DNA of 64,000 nt, from assembly GCA_013239625.1 (NCBI GenBank), contig MU056313.1, forward strand, positions 4,898,435-4,962,434, in the 5' to 3' direction. This DNA is from Lama guanicoe (Eukaryota). The translations under genes and the position numbers were made by a program. The notes beneath the pieces are model-generated. The model ran no database searches. It had not been told where the DNA came from and saw nothing but the letters and a program-made list of their open reading frames with translations. Shown here one piece after another: positions 12,414 through 25,239 of this stretch (the first letter of the stretch is position 1; every line of letters begins with the position of its first letter).

Positions 12414-13928
12414 CCTTTGTAACTGAAATAGGTATTAGTAAAATCAGATCTTTCTTCAGTGTAGCAGCACAGGAAGCTAACTGGTCAGCGACGGGGCTGA
12501 ACCAGTAATTTCCACCTCTCAGTATCACGGTATTATAGACAATTGAACCAACTGGCCACAAACAAAGACTTATTTAAACAGACACCTGAACCCTGGATAA
12601 CTGTGAAACGTACACCTATGTACTATGAACTGTACAAAAATCAAAACCAACTTGATGCTACTCATGGCATATAAGTGGTCAAAAAAAGCCCATGGACGTC
12701 ATGCTTTAGAAAACAAAATGCATGTCATCTAATCCACTTCGCTGTGCAGTGGTGCTTTTGGGATTTAGGCCAATGTCTTATGGTCAAAACTCCCCACATA
12801 ACGTCACTCTTCCTGTGCCATGTTGTGCTCCTAACTTGGTCTCCGGGTCACTGAGTGGCACGTCGGCTCTTTCTAACTTCTCCCCTTGTTAGTTTCTTCG
12901 AGTGAACTAATCGTTGGAGCCACTCCTGTGACGGACTGGCAGTGCAAAGACTCAAGTGTCAAGATGTGTTTATCAGTCACATCAACAGTAACTTTTAGAT
13001 TGAATAGTTTTCTGCCTTATGTCAAATCTCTGGCATGGATTATTTTTTTTCCCCTTCATTAAATAGAAACTGCTTACATGCTAATGCAAACTCCCTTGTC
13101 CAAGTGCTCACCATCTCATCTAGACTGTCCCTCACCTGCTTGTGAAGACAGATGACGGGACATATCATCTTGTCGCTGATGAACACCCATTAGCCTTGCG
13201 AAGTAAATGGACCCCCTTGTGCGCATCTGGTAGGTGACGGTAATAGAATTCCATTTTGTGGTTTGTGGAAAAAGAAGTGTTTTAGAACCGATCTACGTGT
13301 GTTTTCAAATTCCATACCAATACAGTCAGCTTCCTAGCTGCTCACTTGCTTGCTGGCATGTATCCCATTTTCACATGCAATTTCTTTATGAATTGAAGGG
13401 AAGATGTAGGCAGGCGTCTCGCTGTTTAGGAAAATAAATTTATATATTTTGAGCATGTGCCTTGCTGTGGATGCAGGACAAAACAGCTGGGTAGGCATCT
13501 CAGACCACCAGTGAGGCACTATTGTTAAAGACAGATTATAGGAAGTCATATTCTGCTCCATGCTTCCTAACTTAAATGCTTCTATTATTTTTTTTTTACC
13601 ATTTAAATACAGCTCTGCTTCAAAATCAGTAATATAATGACCTATCTAAAATGCCATATGTCATCAAACTATTTGGCAGCACAAATTTATTCGAGACGCA
13701 TTCTTTAGTGATGGGGTGTCTACCTGAATGGATAAACTGCATTATCTACATGCTCAAATCCATGAACATCTGTGAATGAAGAGATACAGCCTATCGATTT
13801 TGCCGTAGTCCTCAGCGGCAGTGTCGGTGGCATTACATCAGCTTACGATTTCAGCGACCTGCTGCAGTTTAGAAATAAAAAATCGCTATCTGGAAACCTC
13901 TCAAACCAACAGAAATGTAATCAATTTT

Positions 13929-14119
13929 TTATCTGTGGTTAGGCACTGGAAGTCAGCGGTGGATTTTCTGTCCTCAGTGCTCTCGTCCTCTTGTTAAAAT
14001 ATTTAGGGAGCTCCCACGGGAAATACTATACCTAGATTGAACCTGTTTACATTCGGAAGTGAAAAGTCGCCTCCTTGTATCCCGTTAGCCACAAGCACAT
14101 CCTCAGAGCCACTTCCCCT
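13929..14119. promoter_or_regulatory. Candidate enhancer: GATA/RUNX, FOX, ETS-IRF and PU.1 motif cluster
   Basis: ttatctgtggtt (13929-13940), tgtttac (14044-14050), cggaagtgaaa (14054-14064), acttcccc (14111-14118) in non-repetitive, CpG-retaining sequence. Confidence 0.35.
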
Positions 14120-14429
14120 GGGGGATTACGGGCTATAGCCCCCCTCCAGCTCCTGAATACCCTTCTCCCGCATGAGGGAAGCCGCACGGACCTGGGACTT
14201 CAATCTTAAATGTTATTTGAATTCAACATACAGTTTCACATCTTGTATCTTTATCTCCCATTCAGGTGGGAGCACACTAATTTCACATCAAGCAATTATT
14301 CCCCAAAATGCTCTTTTGATGATTAGGAAAGAAAAACAATTCTATACTGGAAAATGTGAAAGGTGTGCTCCCAGGACTGATAACGTGTCTTAGGTAAGGA
14401 ACTGTTTCATTTAAGGAATTTTTGCTCTT

Positions 14430-15010
14430 TAATTTTCCTTGACTCTCTCATCCACACTTACTGAGGAGACGCTATCGCTTAAACATAGTCGACGGGGTGT
14501 CAAGGTGAAGGCGTGATCGCACCTCCTGACGAGGACTTTACAATCCACCTAGTAAGAGGGAAGAGACATGCAACAGATAACTATAATAAGGGGCAGAAAA
14601 TAACAGACGCCAGAGGAGAAATGTAAATAAAGAATTATCAGTTATCTGAGGCGGGAGAACTTCAGAGAAAGAAAGGGAATCAGAGGAGGCGTCATAAAGG
14701 AGGGGCATTCGTGATGAGTTAAGTGAACACTGAGCCATCGCGGACCGAGCCCCTCCACCCTGTGTCTGGCAGTGGTGGACAAGAGAGAGTCCAGCAGCAG
14801 AGAAACACCGTGAACAAGACTTTATCCTACAAGTAATGAACTACAAACAAGATGTCTGTGTGGAAGCACAGGGTTTGATGAGCACGTAGAACCAGAGGCC
14901 CCAGTTGAAGGATTCTCTCAGTATGTGGTATTTAAGCCGGGTGTGGAGGTGGCCAGAGGCAGAAGATACTGGTAGTGGGGCAGGGCAGGAAAGGATGGGC
15001 AGAGTTAAGA
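14430..15010 (-). mobile_element. LINE-2 fragments
   Basis: gaggactttacaatccac...gggaatcagaggaggcgtcataaaggagg and a second purine-rich L2-like piece. Confidence 0.5.
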
Positions 15011-15126
15011 TCTGGTCTCTTCTGAGACACATGGACAGGGATGGCTGCCATGATCACTGAAACACTTCTCTCTGGGGCTTCACTGAATCATGGGATTCAC
15101 GAGCAGGCATAAGGATGTCTGCACAG

Positions 15127-15281
15127 GACCCAGCAATCCCACCCCTGAGCATACGTCTGGAGAAAACTCTAATTTGAAAAGATACATGCACCCCAGCATT
15201 CCCAGCAGCACCATGTACAACAGCCAAGACATGGAAGCAAATTCAATGTCCATCGACAGATAATTGAATAAAGAAGTTGTG

Positions 15282-15315
<34 letters not shown>

Positions 15316-15786
15316 GAATACTACTCAGCCATCAAAAGAATGAAATAATTACCATTTGCAACAATATGCATGGGCCTAGAGATTATCATACTAAGTGAAG
15401 TCAGTCAGAGAAAGACAAATATCGCATGACATCACTTACATGTGGAATCTGAAAAATGATACAGATGAACTTATTCACAAAACAGAAACAGGCTCACACA
15501 CATAGAATTCAAATTATGGTTACCAAAGGAGAAAGGCAGGGGGAGGGATAAATTAGGAGTCTGAGATTTGCAGATACTAGCTACTATATATATAATAGAT
15601 AAACAATGAGTTTATACTGAGTAGCATAGGGAACTATTTTCAATATCTTGTAATAACCTATAATGAAAAAGAATATGAAACAGAATATGTGTGTGTATAT
15701 ATATATAACTCAATCACTATGATGTACACCAAAAACTAACACACTGTAAATCAAATAGACTTTATTAAAAAAATTTAGAAAAAAAA
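15127..15786 (+). mobile_element. 5'-truncated cetartiodactyl-type L1 (ORF2 end, 3'UTR, A-tail) with internal (CA)n
   Basis: gacccagcaatcccac...aaagatacatgcacccc...ggaatactactcagccat...gggagggataaattaggag...tgtacacc...A-rich tail. Confidence 0.95.
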
Positions 15787-15829
15787 TGTATGGCTCTGGA
15801 AAGCTGGACTGAAAAGGGGAACATGAACT

Positions 15830-15980
15830 CACTATTATTGGTTACCAGCTAAAAGCCAGGCCTTATATCAGGTTCCTGACAGCCATTACCTCATTTAATC
15901 TACAATGTTCTTATTTTACAGATGAGAGAAATAAGGATTTGAGAAGCTGAGTGAGCTCCCTAAAACAACACTGCAGGTAT
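15830..15980 (-). mobile_element. MIR SINE
   Basis: attacctcatttaatc...attttacagatgag. Confidence 0.65.
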
Positions 15981-16374
15981 GCAATGGCTCCACTGCACAA
16001 ATTAGAAGATCTGACGTGAGGGTGGGTTACGGGAGGGAATCTGAATCTGGGTGGAGTCAGAAAAAGAGATGGAGAGAGAGGAGAGATTTTTTTTCCAAAG
16101 ATAAAGAGCTGGACAGGTACAGAGTCAGGATTAGAAACTTCATTCAGCTAATTTTACATCATTGTAAATGTCATCAGTGAAAATTGGAGAAAGGAAACCA
16201 GATGTGAGAGGATTTAGAAGTGGAAACTTCTGACTCCAGGCTGCTTGAGAATCAAGCCCCAACTCCATTAAACGCACAGCAGAGCTCCCCTGAGGGTCTG
16301 CTTTGAATGGATTACATGTGCACCATGAGCCTGTGTCCCCCAGCCCTCAGAGTGGAAGGATCTAGCTGGATATT

Positions 16375-16420
16375 CACACACACACAAACACACACACACA
16401 CACATACACACACACACACA
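16375..16420 (+). repeat. (CA)n microsatellite, imperfect
   Basis: ~23 units with two interruptions. Confidence 0.95.
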
Positions 16421-16479
16421 GAAAGTGTTTCTTTGTTTGCAAGGATCAACTGAACCCTGACAACACAGAACCTCTGAGC

Positions 16480-17010
16480 GGAACCTCAGACCCAGAGACA
16501 GTCTGGGGATCAGGGGAGCCTTCCCTGAGGACAGACCCCTTCAGATGACGTTTGAATGAAGGCAGAGGAATGAAGGAAGGCTCTTGGGGAGGGCCACAGA
16601 AAAGCCCTCCGGGCTGGGACCATCAGTAGAATAAAATCTGTGGCGAGAGGCTTCCATCACAGGGAATGACAGGTGGTCAGTGTGGTCTGCTCTTCGAGGG
16701 CAGAGGACAGCATGTTGACACGTAAGTGTGGAGAGTGGAGGGGAGAGCAGGAGCAGGAGCTTTGTGTGAAGGAAGAAAGGATTTAGCTCTTTATCTTAAG
16801 TGCAAGGGGAAGCCACTGAGTCAATGATGGTTTTTAGGGGGTGGGAGGACAGGGCTTGATAGATCAGATTTTGCTTTGCAGGTAGCGGTGGAGAAAATAC
16901 GAGCATAGGAAGGACTTGCAGAAGGCTTCTGCAGGTCCAGACTTAGGCTCTGTGATGGCAGTGGAATAGAAGCATCTAGTTTTGAAGATACAGAGGAGGC
17001 CGGAAGGAGT
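16480..17010 (-). mobile_element. LINE-2 fragment
   Basis: gatcaggggagccttccctgagga...ctttatcttaagtgcaaggggaagccactg...gatcagattttgcttt. Confidence 0.65.
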
Positions 17011-17179
17011 CTGGGAGCACAAGAGAAGGACAAAATCCAGCGGGGTGCAGTGGGGATTGCGGAAGGGTGAGAAAAACCTTTCTGGAAGCTTTGCCATAGC
17101 CTCCTCTGGATAAAGCCTGACAACCGTTTTTGACTTCACCCACCCCAAAGTGCACTTAAAGTGCGCTTCATCTGTTGCA

Positions 17180-17460
17180 ACTACACCCAACGCTCTCTAT
17201 GTCTCTGCCTTTCCTGTGTTTGTTTCAGCTCCCACCCTGCCTCCTGGAGTTGTTTTCCCTCTGTATCTGCATTTAAAATCTTATTCTGTAAGTCCCAGAT
17301 CAAGTGTCACTTCCTCCATGAAATCTTACCTAATATGAAGCAATTTCTCCCTTCCTTTGTTCATTATGTATCCCTCCACTTGAGTGAATTGGGGACGCTG
17401 GTCTATGAGGTTTCTTCTGAATTTAGCAAAGTCTCACCAACACTGGTGTGTTGAATGACT
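17180..17460 (+). mobile_element. LINE-2 fragment
   Basis: cagatcaagtgtcacttcctccatgaaatctt L2 motif; ends gtgttgaatga. Confidence 0.55.
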
Positions 17461-18032
17461 TAATCCAGGACTGACTGGTTGTGTCATCTGAGGTAAAATT
17501 TGGCAAATATCACTTTAAGGTCATTATCTGGGGTAAACGATGATGCCTTTTAGGAGAGAAGGGAGACACGGGGCCACAAATCCAATAGGACATCTTTGTC
17601 CTTAGTCTAAACCTTGATTTCCAATATAAAGAAATATGTGAGGAAGGAACAGAGGCTGGATGAATTTTTGGTTGCATTAGCATCTCTTGCTTTGTGTGTA
17701 ATTTTTTGGATGTCTGCAGGAAACGTGAAGGAGCGAGTTGGATTCTGCCTGACGAAGATTGTCTTGTAGGCAATTTGGTCTAGTGGAGTTAGCATGAATT
17801 GCACACCTGGTACTGCTTAACAGTTCGGATCTGGTGCCAGTGCCTACAATAATTGGTTTTAGTGATAGAAATTTGACAGTTTGGAATTCTTCCTAACACG
17901 AATCCGTAATGATGAAATAAGGAGCTATCACTCTTAATCTCTGGTGTGCCAATGTTATAAAAGCCCCTCTACTCTAATGGCAGGCTCATCCAAGTGACTG
18001 GAATGTAAGTAACACTGTCCACTGTCGGATGA

Positions 18033-18045
18033 GAAAAGTGAAACT
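18033..18045 (+). promoter_or_regulatory. IRF-E/ISRE motif
   Basis: GAAAAGTGAAACT, exact match to G(A)AAASYGAAASY; motif only. Confidence 0.3.
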
Positions 18046-18127
18046 AAAAGGCCCGAAAATGGGGTAAACTATCGGAAGGAATGAAGTAATTTCTGTGACA
18101 CTGCTGTGTATTAAGCCTGCTGTCCTC

Positions 18128-18463
18128 TGTTAAAAGATAGATTGAAGCATATTAAATAAAAACCTAGAAAGAGTTTATTTGAGGAAAAATAGATTCAGAT
18201 CAGGTAGCACCAAGTGAGAAGTGGTCAGGAGGGCGCCACCTACAGGATGGTTCAGAAGGAAAGCGAAGGAATTATCTGATTGGCTGTAGCTTAAACGTTT
18301 GCCTTACTTGGTAAAGGCAGGTTGGCTCTTTGTGATTGGTTGCCCTTAGGCTTTGATTTCTTACCCTTGAGGCATTTCAGGCTGAACTTCGGGTTTGCTT
18401 GCTAGGCCCTAAGGTATCAGAGCCACCTCCGTCTAACGACCCGCTCCTTTAATTAATTTAACA
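18128..18463 (-). mobile_element. ERV1-class solo LTR (336 bp)
   Basis: Inverted termini TGTTAA...TTAACA; exact 4-bp TSD CCTC (18124-18127, 18464-18467); minus-strand CCAAT boxes (18335-18339, 18279-18283) and AATAAA (18174-18179). Confidence 0.9.
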
Positions 18464-19524
18464 CCTCCATGCTTCCTGCATACACTGGAATTTGAGGCTT
18501 ATAAATTATGTTTTTGAATCCCTGGGGATCTTGGTGTTTGCTAAAAATAGAACTGTTGGGAGTTCAAATGATACAAAAAATAGGTAGCTACAGCACTTGA
18601 CTACTCATAAAAGTAGAAACAGATAATGAAATTTGAAAGATGAAAACAAAAATCAATGAAGTGTGAGTGCTTTACTGACAATGCAAAGACCCGCGGGGTG
18701 GGGAGGAATGCATCAAGATGGAGTCTCAAAAAATACCCTAAGTTAAAATATCTTCATGGTTTTCATCACGGACAATTTGCAATTTACTTTCAAATTCAAA
18801 TCTGGTTATTCAAAAACAAACCATTCCAACTTCTAATCTAAAGACCTTATTTTTTCCCTCTTCTCGGACTTTATTTCTTGGCCCTGAAAACCAGGATCAT
18901 GATAAGACGTACTCGGTTACAAAGAATCTTCTGCGGATACAACAGGTTTTATGGGCTGGAGGGGATTCCAGTGAGTGCAAAGTTATGGCAAAATCTTTAT
19001 ACCCTGCGAGGTTACATAATTCTTTCCGTAACGTCCTAGCTGCAGACGTTTATATAACTGGTCCCGCTTCAGAGTTCATCTGGAAGGAACACAATGGGCC
19101 TAATAGTACCCATTATAGCGCTATTCTTCTCAATTGTAAAGGCCCAGTGAAATCGTGGGGATAAAGCTGTGCCTTGATTGGCTGTTAAATTGCGATCAAT
19201 GAAAAGTATTTGTGCTATAATTTTACAACCAAGCAAGAACCAGCCATCCTGGTGGTAAGCCAGCATGCACAGACCATCAAAATGACTGTGTCTCACTTGG
19301 GTAACTGAATTTCCTTTAAGACAACAGGGTACAATAGAAGTTGCATTAAAAAAAAAAAACCTGAGCATTTTTCTGCCATCTGGTTAAAAAGAAATAACAT
19401 ATGAACAAGAACAAAGTCCAAATAAGAAGGGTGATGTCTCTAAATTATAGCTGATCAAGCCATCAAATTATAAAGGAAAACCAACACTCCTCTTCTCTTT
19501 TAATCTAATAGTAATTGAACATGA

Positions 19525-19671
19525 CAAAGGACCACATACTAAATATTTTAGGCTTTATGGGCCGTCTGTGGTCACAGTTGCATATTCTTTTTTTTTTTCC
19601 CCTTCAACCTTTTAAAAATGTAAAAAGCAGGCATACGGGCTGGCCTCATGGCTGCAGTTTGCAGACCCCTG
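19525..19671 (+). mobile_element. MER58 (MER58C-like) hAT-Charlie element
   Basis: taaatattttaggctttatgggcc...aaccttttaaaaatgtaaaaa...gtttgcagacccctg terminal repeat. Confidence 0.8.
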
Positions 19672-20021
19672 ATTTATACGAATGCTTACGTTGTGAATTT
19701 TAATAAAAGTCTCCCGGGCTCCTGGCTACCACCCCACCCCCCATCTGCCTGGAGCAATGGTCTGAAGGGTATCGCCCCTTTTCAGACCAATGCCTGAGAC
19801 CAGGGGCCAGAGCTACCTGTGTGAAGCACTGCTGGAAAATGAGCAGGCGCACCAGAACTTCTCCTTTTGCGCATGTCTGCAGACTTTCCTGGCTCTGCAG
19901 AACCTGTCTCTGTTGATCTGCCTCTTGGTCTTATAAAGGGTCTTAGAGAAAACAAAACAAAGAGGAAAAACGATCTCTTCCCAAAAGCTCACAAAAATGC
20001 TGAGAACCTGCACTTCCAGAA

Positions 20022-20060
20022 ACACACATACACACACACACACACATACACACACACACA
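20022..20060 (+). repeat. (CA)n microsatellite
   Basis: CA run with two TA interruptions. Confidence 0.95.
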
Positions 20061-20374
20061 ATTGCTTGACCACACCTAATGATTGCATGCCAAGCCAGTC
20101 TGTCTACTATGTTAATTACCTTCATGTCCAAAAAAGATCTACTGAAAGCTGTGCTTCACTGCAACCTTAAAATATTTCTTCTACCCTCTCAGCTGCTTCC
20201 CTCTTAGTCACCATAACACAATTACTTGGCTCTTTCGCTGTTATTTTTTCCTTGGCAGCAGTTACATTACGAAAGGCATCTTTTCAATGAATTGCCACAT
20301 TCGGGAAATGCCATCTTGCATTTAACATTCAAGGAACACGCCTACATTGTATTCATAATGATTAGAGCAATCAC

Positions 20375-20514
20375 AGGTAACAGTCACTGAGTACCTGCTA
20401 ACTGCTAGGTACTGTTCTAAGCACTTTCTATACAGAACTCATTTAATCCTCGGGACAGCCCTAAGAGGTAGGTTCTACTGTTATTTCCTTTTGACAGAAA
20501 AAGAAAACAAAGGA
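20375..20514 (-). mobile_element. MIR SINE
   Basis: ctgagtacctgcta...aggtactgttctaagcacttt...aactcatttaatcctc...gaggtaggt. Confidence 0.8.
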
Positions 20515-22439
20515 CCACAGTCCCCTGAATTGTTCTCTCCGTGCAACATTATGGATAACCAAGTCTGAGATCAAAGAAATGTCTTATTTCTTCCAAGCTT
20601 GAAGTTGGGCTGGTGTTTTTGTAGCATGGCTTCCAAAATGACTTTAGTCAGAAATTGTTCAGCTTTATGATGGTACCATCCATACAGAATATACAAGTAT
20701 CTTAGGTATATTATTACACGGTCCTGTAAACAGGTGGTTCCCTTCCCAATCTAGTCCACGTGGGTATATTATTGTTGGTGGTTTTAATAACTTAGTTGCC
20801 AACAATGAAAAACATGTGTATCTCACAGGAAAATCTTAATCTTGGGCTCTTCTGGAAGCGTCAGAAGACCGGGCAGTCCCGCACATGCGTTCTAACAGAG
20901 CAACAATTGGCTTCGACAGCTGCCTCCATTCTGGGCAAGTGCATTCCGGTCTGTCTTCACAGACCACTCCACTCACCAGCGTTATCTGCCAGCTCCGGAG
21001 GGCTTTTGAATTTCCAGCTCCTCACTGACACACCGCTTCTGATTTGTTCACCCAAATAAGTACATCGTGTTGTGATTCTTCTGGCAAACCTACAGACCTA
21101 GTCAAAGCATGCCACGCCAGAGCCTTACATCCTAGTAGTAAAACTTAATAACCTCTTCAAGCTTTCCTTCATCTATTCATCTATTATTATCCCAAGCTTT
21201 CACCAGCTAAGGGAGCACTTGGCAGTGTCTTAATGCGCTGAACTCCTTCCGTTCCTTTGCTGCGTTGAATAGCTGTGTCAGCTTTCTCCCTGCTTCTGTG
21301 ACTTAAGTAATATGTGTCTGTAGATATTTGTTGGTATAGTTCATGGAAGTTTATAAAAGTAATTGTCAGAAATGATCATGCTTTGATTAAATAAATATGC
21401 TGTTGAGGAGTTAGGTACACCATTTAAATATGGCATGAATAATTTGTTAGTGTATCTGTCATCCTATTTCAATAGCTTTAAATTGTAGATACATTTGTGG
21501 AAGCACCATCCTATTTTGCAAACTTGACAGCAATAGCTGTTTCCTGAATGTATCTGACATTATTTTCTACATTGTTTTATGCCAATCACATTTACTGCAA
21601 ACTGCTTATTACTTTATTGTTGAAAATGGCAACATGCATTTATTTAGCTTTTTAGTTTAGAATCAGCAGGCTATCACTCGCTTTATGAATCAGACCCAAC
21701 CTTGATGATCATCGCCACCAGTTTCAACGTTACCTAATTGGTGCTGCTCAAAAACTGAGAAATCAGTAATTCTGTTATACCATCTCCCTTGAGGAATGAT
21801 TGTTCCTAAGGATGTTATATCTGTTACCAAGAAAAGAGAGCCTTCTGATTTATATATATATATATATATTCTATTGAAAATAGTGCATGAGTGACTTTCC
21901 ACATCTTGTTTTAGGGGGTTACTCCTGTGAAAAGAAATAAACCGATCTTCCTGCATCCTGTCTTTTATTTTGGTTCTTACAATTTAGAAAGCTTTACTTT
22001 TCTTGTATTTCCAGGGATCTCCCCAGCAGGCCCTTCACATTTCTTATAAAATTAAGACTACATTTGTTAACTCACACACCATTGTTTTTATTAGCCCAGG
22101 AGAAAAGTCAATATTTCTAATTTGTTGCCTCTGGATTTATGCCAGTTCTGATGAATAATAACAGCCCGACAAAGCAACATACTACACGCTGACTCTAATG
22201 TGCGAAGAAGGGAAATGAAGGTCGAAATAATAAAAAAAATATATATATTTATATATATTTGGGAACCAGAATGTGTAACAACCTGAAACAACAGAGTTGT
22301 ATCAGCCTAAATTGATCCTTCACTTTTGGAAAGGAATGCTCTTTAAAACACTTAGAGTTCAGAAGAGAAGGTACATGTTTGAACCTTTTTTACCCTGTGT
22401 GACTGACAAGGGTCTTTTCCCAAATACCATGATGACACT

Positions 22440-23190
22440 ATCCAGTGTTGGGGGAAGCCTAATGTAAAGCCAGGGAAGTTGGGTTCCAACTCAGCTTCAG
22501 CTCTGATATGACTCCAGTTGCTTCTCTTTGCTGTGCTTCAGTTTCCTCATCCTTAAAATGATGGGTTGCCAGTGCTCCTAACAGCACTATATACAATAGG
22601 CAAGACATGGAAGCAAACTAAATGTCCATCAACAGACAATGGCATAAAGAGAAGATGTGGTGTATTTTCACAATGGAATACTACTCAGCCACAAAAAGAA
22701 TGAAATGATGCCATTTGCAGCAACATGGATGGATGTAGAGATTATCATCCTAGAAAAGTGAAGTAAGTCAGACAGAGAAAGACAAATACATGATATCACT
22801 TATATATGGACTCTTTGAAAAATGGACAAATGAACTTATTTACAAACCAGAAATAGACTCACAGACATAGAAAACAAACTTACTGTTACTAAAGGGGAAA
22901 AGGCAGGGGGAGGGATAAATTAGGAGTTTGGATTAACAGATACTAATTACTATATATAAAATAGATAAACAACAGGGTCCTAATGTATAGCACAGGGAAC
23001 TAGATTCAATATCCTGTAATAAACCATAATGGAAAAGAATATGAAAAGGAAGAGATATATGTAACAACTGAGTCACTCTGCTGTACACCAGAAATGAACA
23101 CAACATTATAAATCCACTGTACTTCAATTAAAAAAACTAGGGGTTGTTTAAGCTCTTGTACTTCTGGCTCCCAAGTTCTAGAATTCTGAT
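22440..23190 (+). mobile_element. MIR/MIR3 split by an L1 insertion
   Basis: ctgtgcttcagtttcctcatccttaaaatgatgggttg before the L1; MIR3-like tail (ggggttg...ttctagaattctga) resumes after it. Confidence 0.6.
22569..23136 (+). mobile_element. 5'-truncated L1 (3' end) with diverged TSD
   Basis: cagcactatatacaataggcaagacatggaagcaa...gggagggataaattaggagtttgg...cttcaattaaaaaaa; flanks aaaatgatgggttg (22555-22568) and aaaactaggggttg (23133-23146). Confidence 0.95.
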
Positions 23191-24759
23191 TTCCAAGAGT
23201 GAAAAAACCAAAACTATGTCCAGACTCCTGTTTTCATATGTGCTTTAACATTTTTTATTAAGAGGGGGTAAAGGAAATGGAAAAGAAAGCAAACAAAAAG
23301 AGGTAAAAGATAAAACAGTGAGAATGACTGAAAAGTGTAGATGCTATCAACTTTTCCCCCTACATCCTTTGTGAACTCTCAAATTCTCCCAGAGAAAACA
23401 CACAGAGAAAGCTGGTTGCAAATTTACACCCATAGTCACAAAACACAGATAGGGTTATTGCCCTGCTGTTCTGCCTCTTATCAAAATGTTATCAAGGCTA
23501 CTCTGTGGTTACGGCAGAGAGAAGCCCCCATGTTAGAAAATAGCGTGTGGCAAGAGCAGAGCCTCCACTTGCATTCCCGCTCTGACCAGCGCTGCTTCGT
23601 TAAAAATACACGATCACTGTGAAGCCTGCGGCGAGGAGCTGAGAGCACGTCTCAGACACTCCAGATGTGGTGTCTTCCCTTCTGGTTCCCAGATTCTTCT
23701 GCAGGTTTTACTTGGGAAGGGAACTAAATACAAGGTTACAACTTGCTGTACAGACTGTGATGGGGGAGACGGGGAAGTGTGTCAGGGTGAAACGAATACA
23801 CACATATATGCGTATATTTTGCTGAGGGACGGGGCTGTCAGGCCATCGAGTCTGACAAGCTAAATCAGAAACCAAAAACAACCGGTGGAAAAGGAGGAAG
23901 GAGAGGTGGGTCAGCTTGGGTCGGAGGGCAGGAAGACGCTGGCCCCAAGAGCGCCATCTGGGGTCCAGGACTCCTCTGTTCCCCTGGGTGTCCTTGTGTC
24001 ACTAGGTACTCAGCTCTTTTTTCTCTCCTGCAGTTCAACACTGTGAAAGGAACATTCACTGTGGTGAGCACTGGGGTCATGGCAGCAGCAGCAAGAAAGC
24101 TCCACTGAATTCTTTCAGGATTGGGAGGAAGGGAGCAGTAAAAAGGAAGGAAAAAAAGATAAAAACAGAGTCTTACAAAGGAAAAGGGAGGGAACATAGT
24201 CTGAGATCATAAAAGCCGGTCAGGCTGGGCACTGTGCAGGCCTGGGGTGCGGAAGGACTCTCTGGTCACACAGGGAGATGGCTGCAGGGGTAGCAGTGCC
24301 CCTAGCTGTCCTGGGATGGACCGGTGGCCCGTGGGACTTCTCTTTCCAAAGTCCATATAAATTAAACCAACCACCAAACTGAACCAGCGAAACATCCTCA
24401 AGTTAATCAATGAAAATACGAAGGGCAGATTCCATTCTTGCCCTTACAGGATGTAAAAATTCCTTACGGCTGCAAGGTGGATTGCTATCTCTGGGTAAGA
24501 CTAAACCGAAGGGTTCCGCAATCATGGCCCTGCAGAACGAAGGCTACATGCCAGTGGTGGTTGTCAATTTACCTCCAGCCTCACTGGTCTGGAAAGCTCC
24601 CCAGCTGCTCGTCTTCTTGTTTTACGACTCGCGCCCACTTGGGTCCTGGCCACATCGCACGTGAGCCCGCTTCTCGCCTCTCGCGGTCAGGTAATTAGGT
24701 AACCCTTCTCACATCATCTGACGTTTCTAATGCAGGAGTTCATTTCCTTTCTTCTAGCT

Positions 24760-25137
24760 CATTAGTCACCATCCGTGCTGGTCCCTCTGCCCAGGGGGGC
24801 TTCAGGCCCATCTCCACATGCCGAAGTCCTATGTTTAGTTTCAAGGGCCTCCTCAAATATGTCTCATCCATCGTTCCTGCTGAGCCCCAGCTGAAGGTGG
24901 CCATTCTTCTACGCACCGCCAGGAGTTTTCATTTGTGTCTCTCCTGCGGTGCCTCGCCCCTCCTCCTGTGCGTTGTGGTGTTTATGAAAGTGTCCTCCAG
25001 TGAGAAGAGGGTTCTTGTCTGATTCATTTGTTCTACCTGCTTCGCCTGGGTCCTGGACCTTGCAACTGCCTGATACATCTCTGATCCATTCAGAAAGGTG
25101 TGAGTTTCCATGAGGAATGATTATAGAAATGAGTGAC
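24760..25137 (+). mobile_element. LINE-2 3' fragment
   Basis: gtgctggtccctctgcccagg...ttcaagggcctcctcaaat...tgtctgattcatttgtt. Confidence 0.5.
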
Positions 25138-25239
25138 TACAAGGAGCATCTGTGCCAGTAAGAAACTGGAACTTAACTACTGATTTTCATATGAACGTAC
25201 TCTGACTTCTTGGTTCTTTTTCTGTCACTGGCATCTGCA

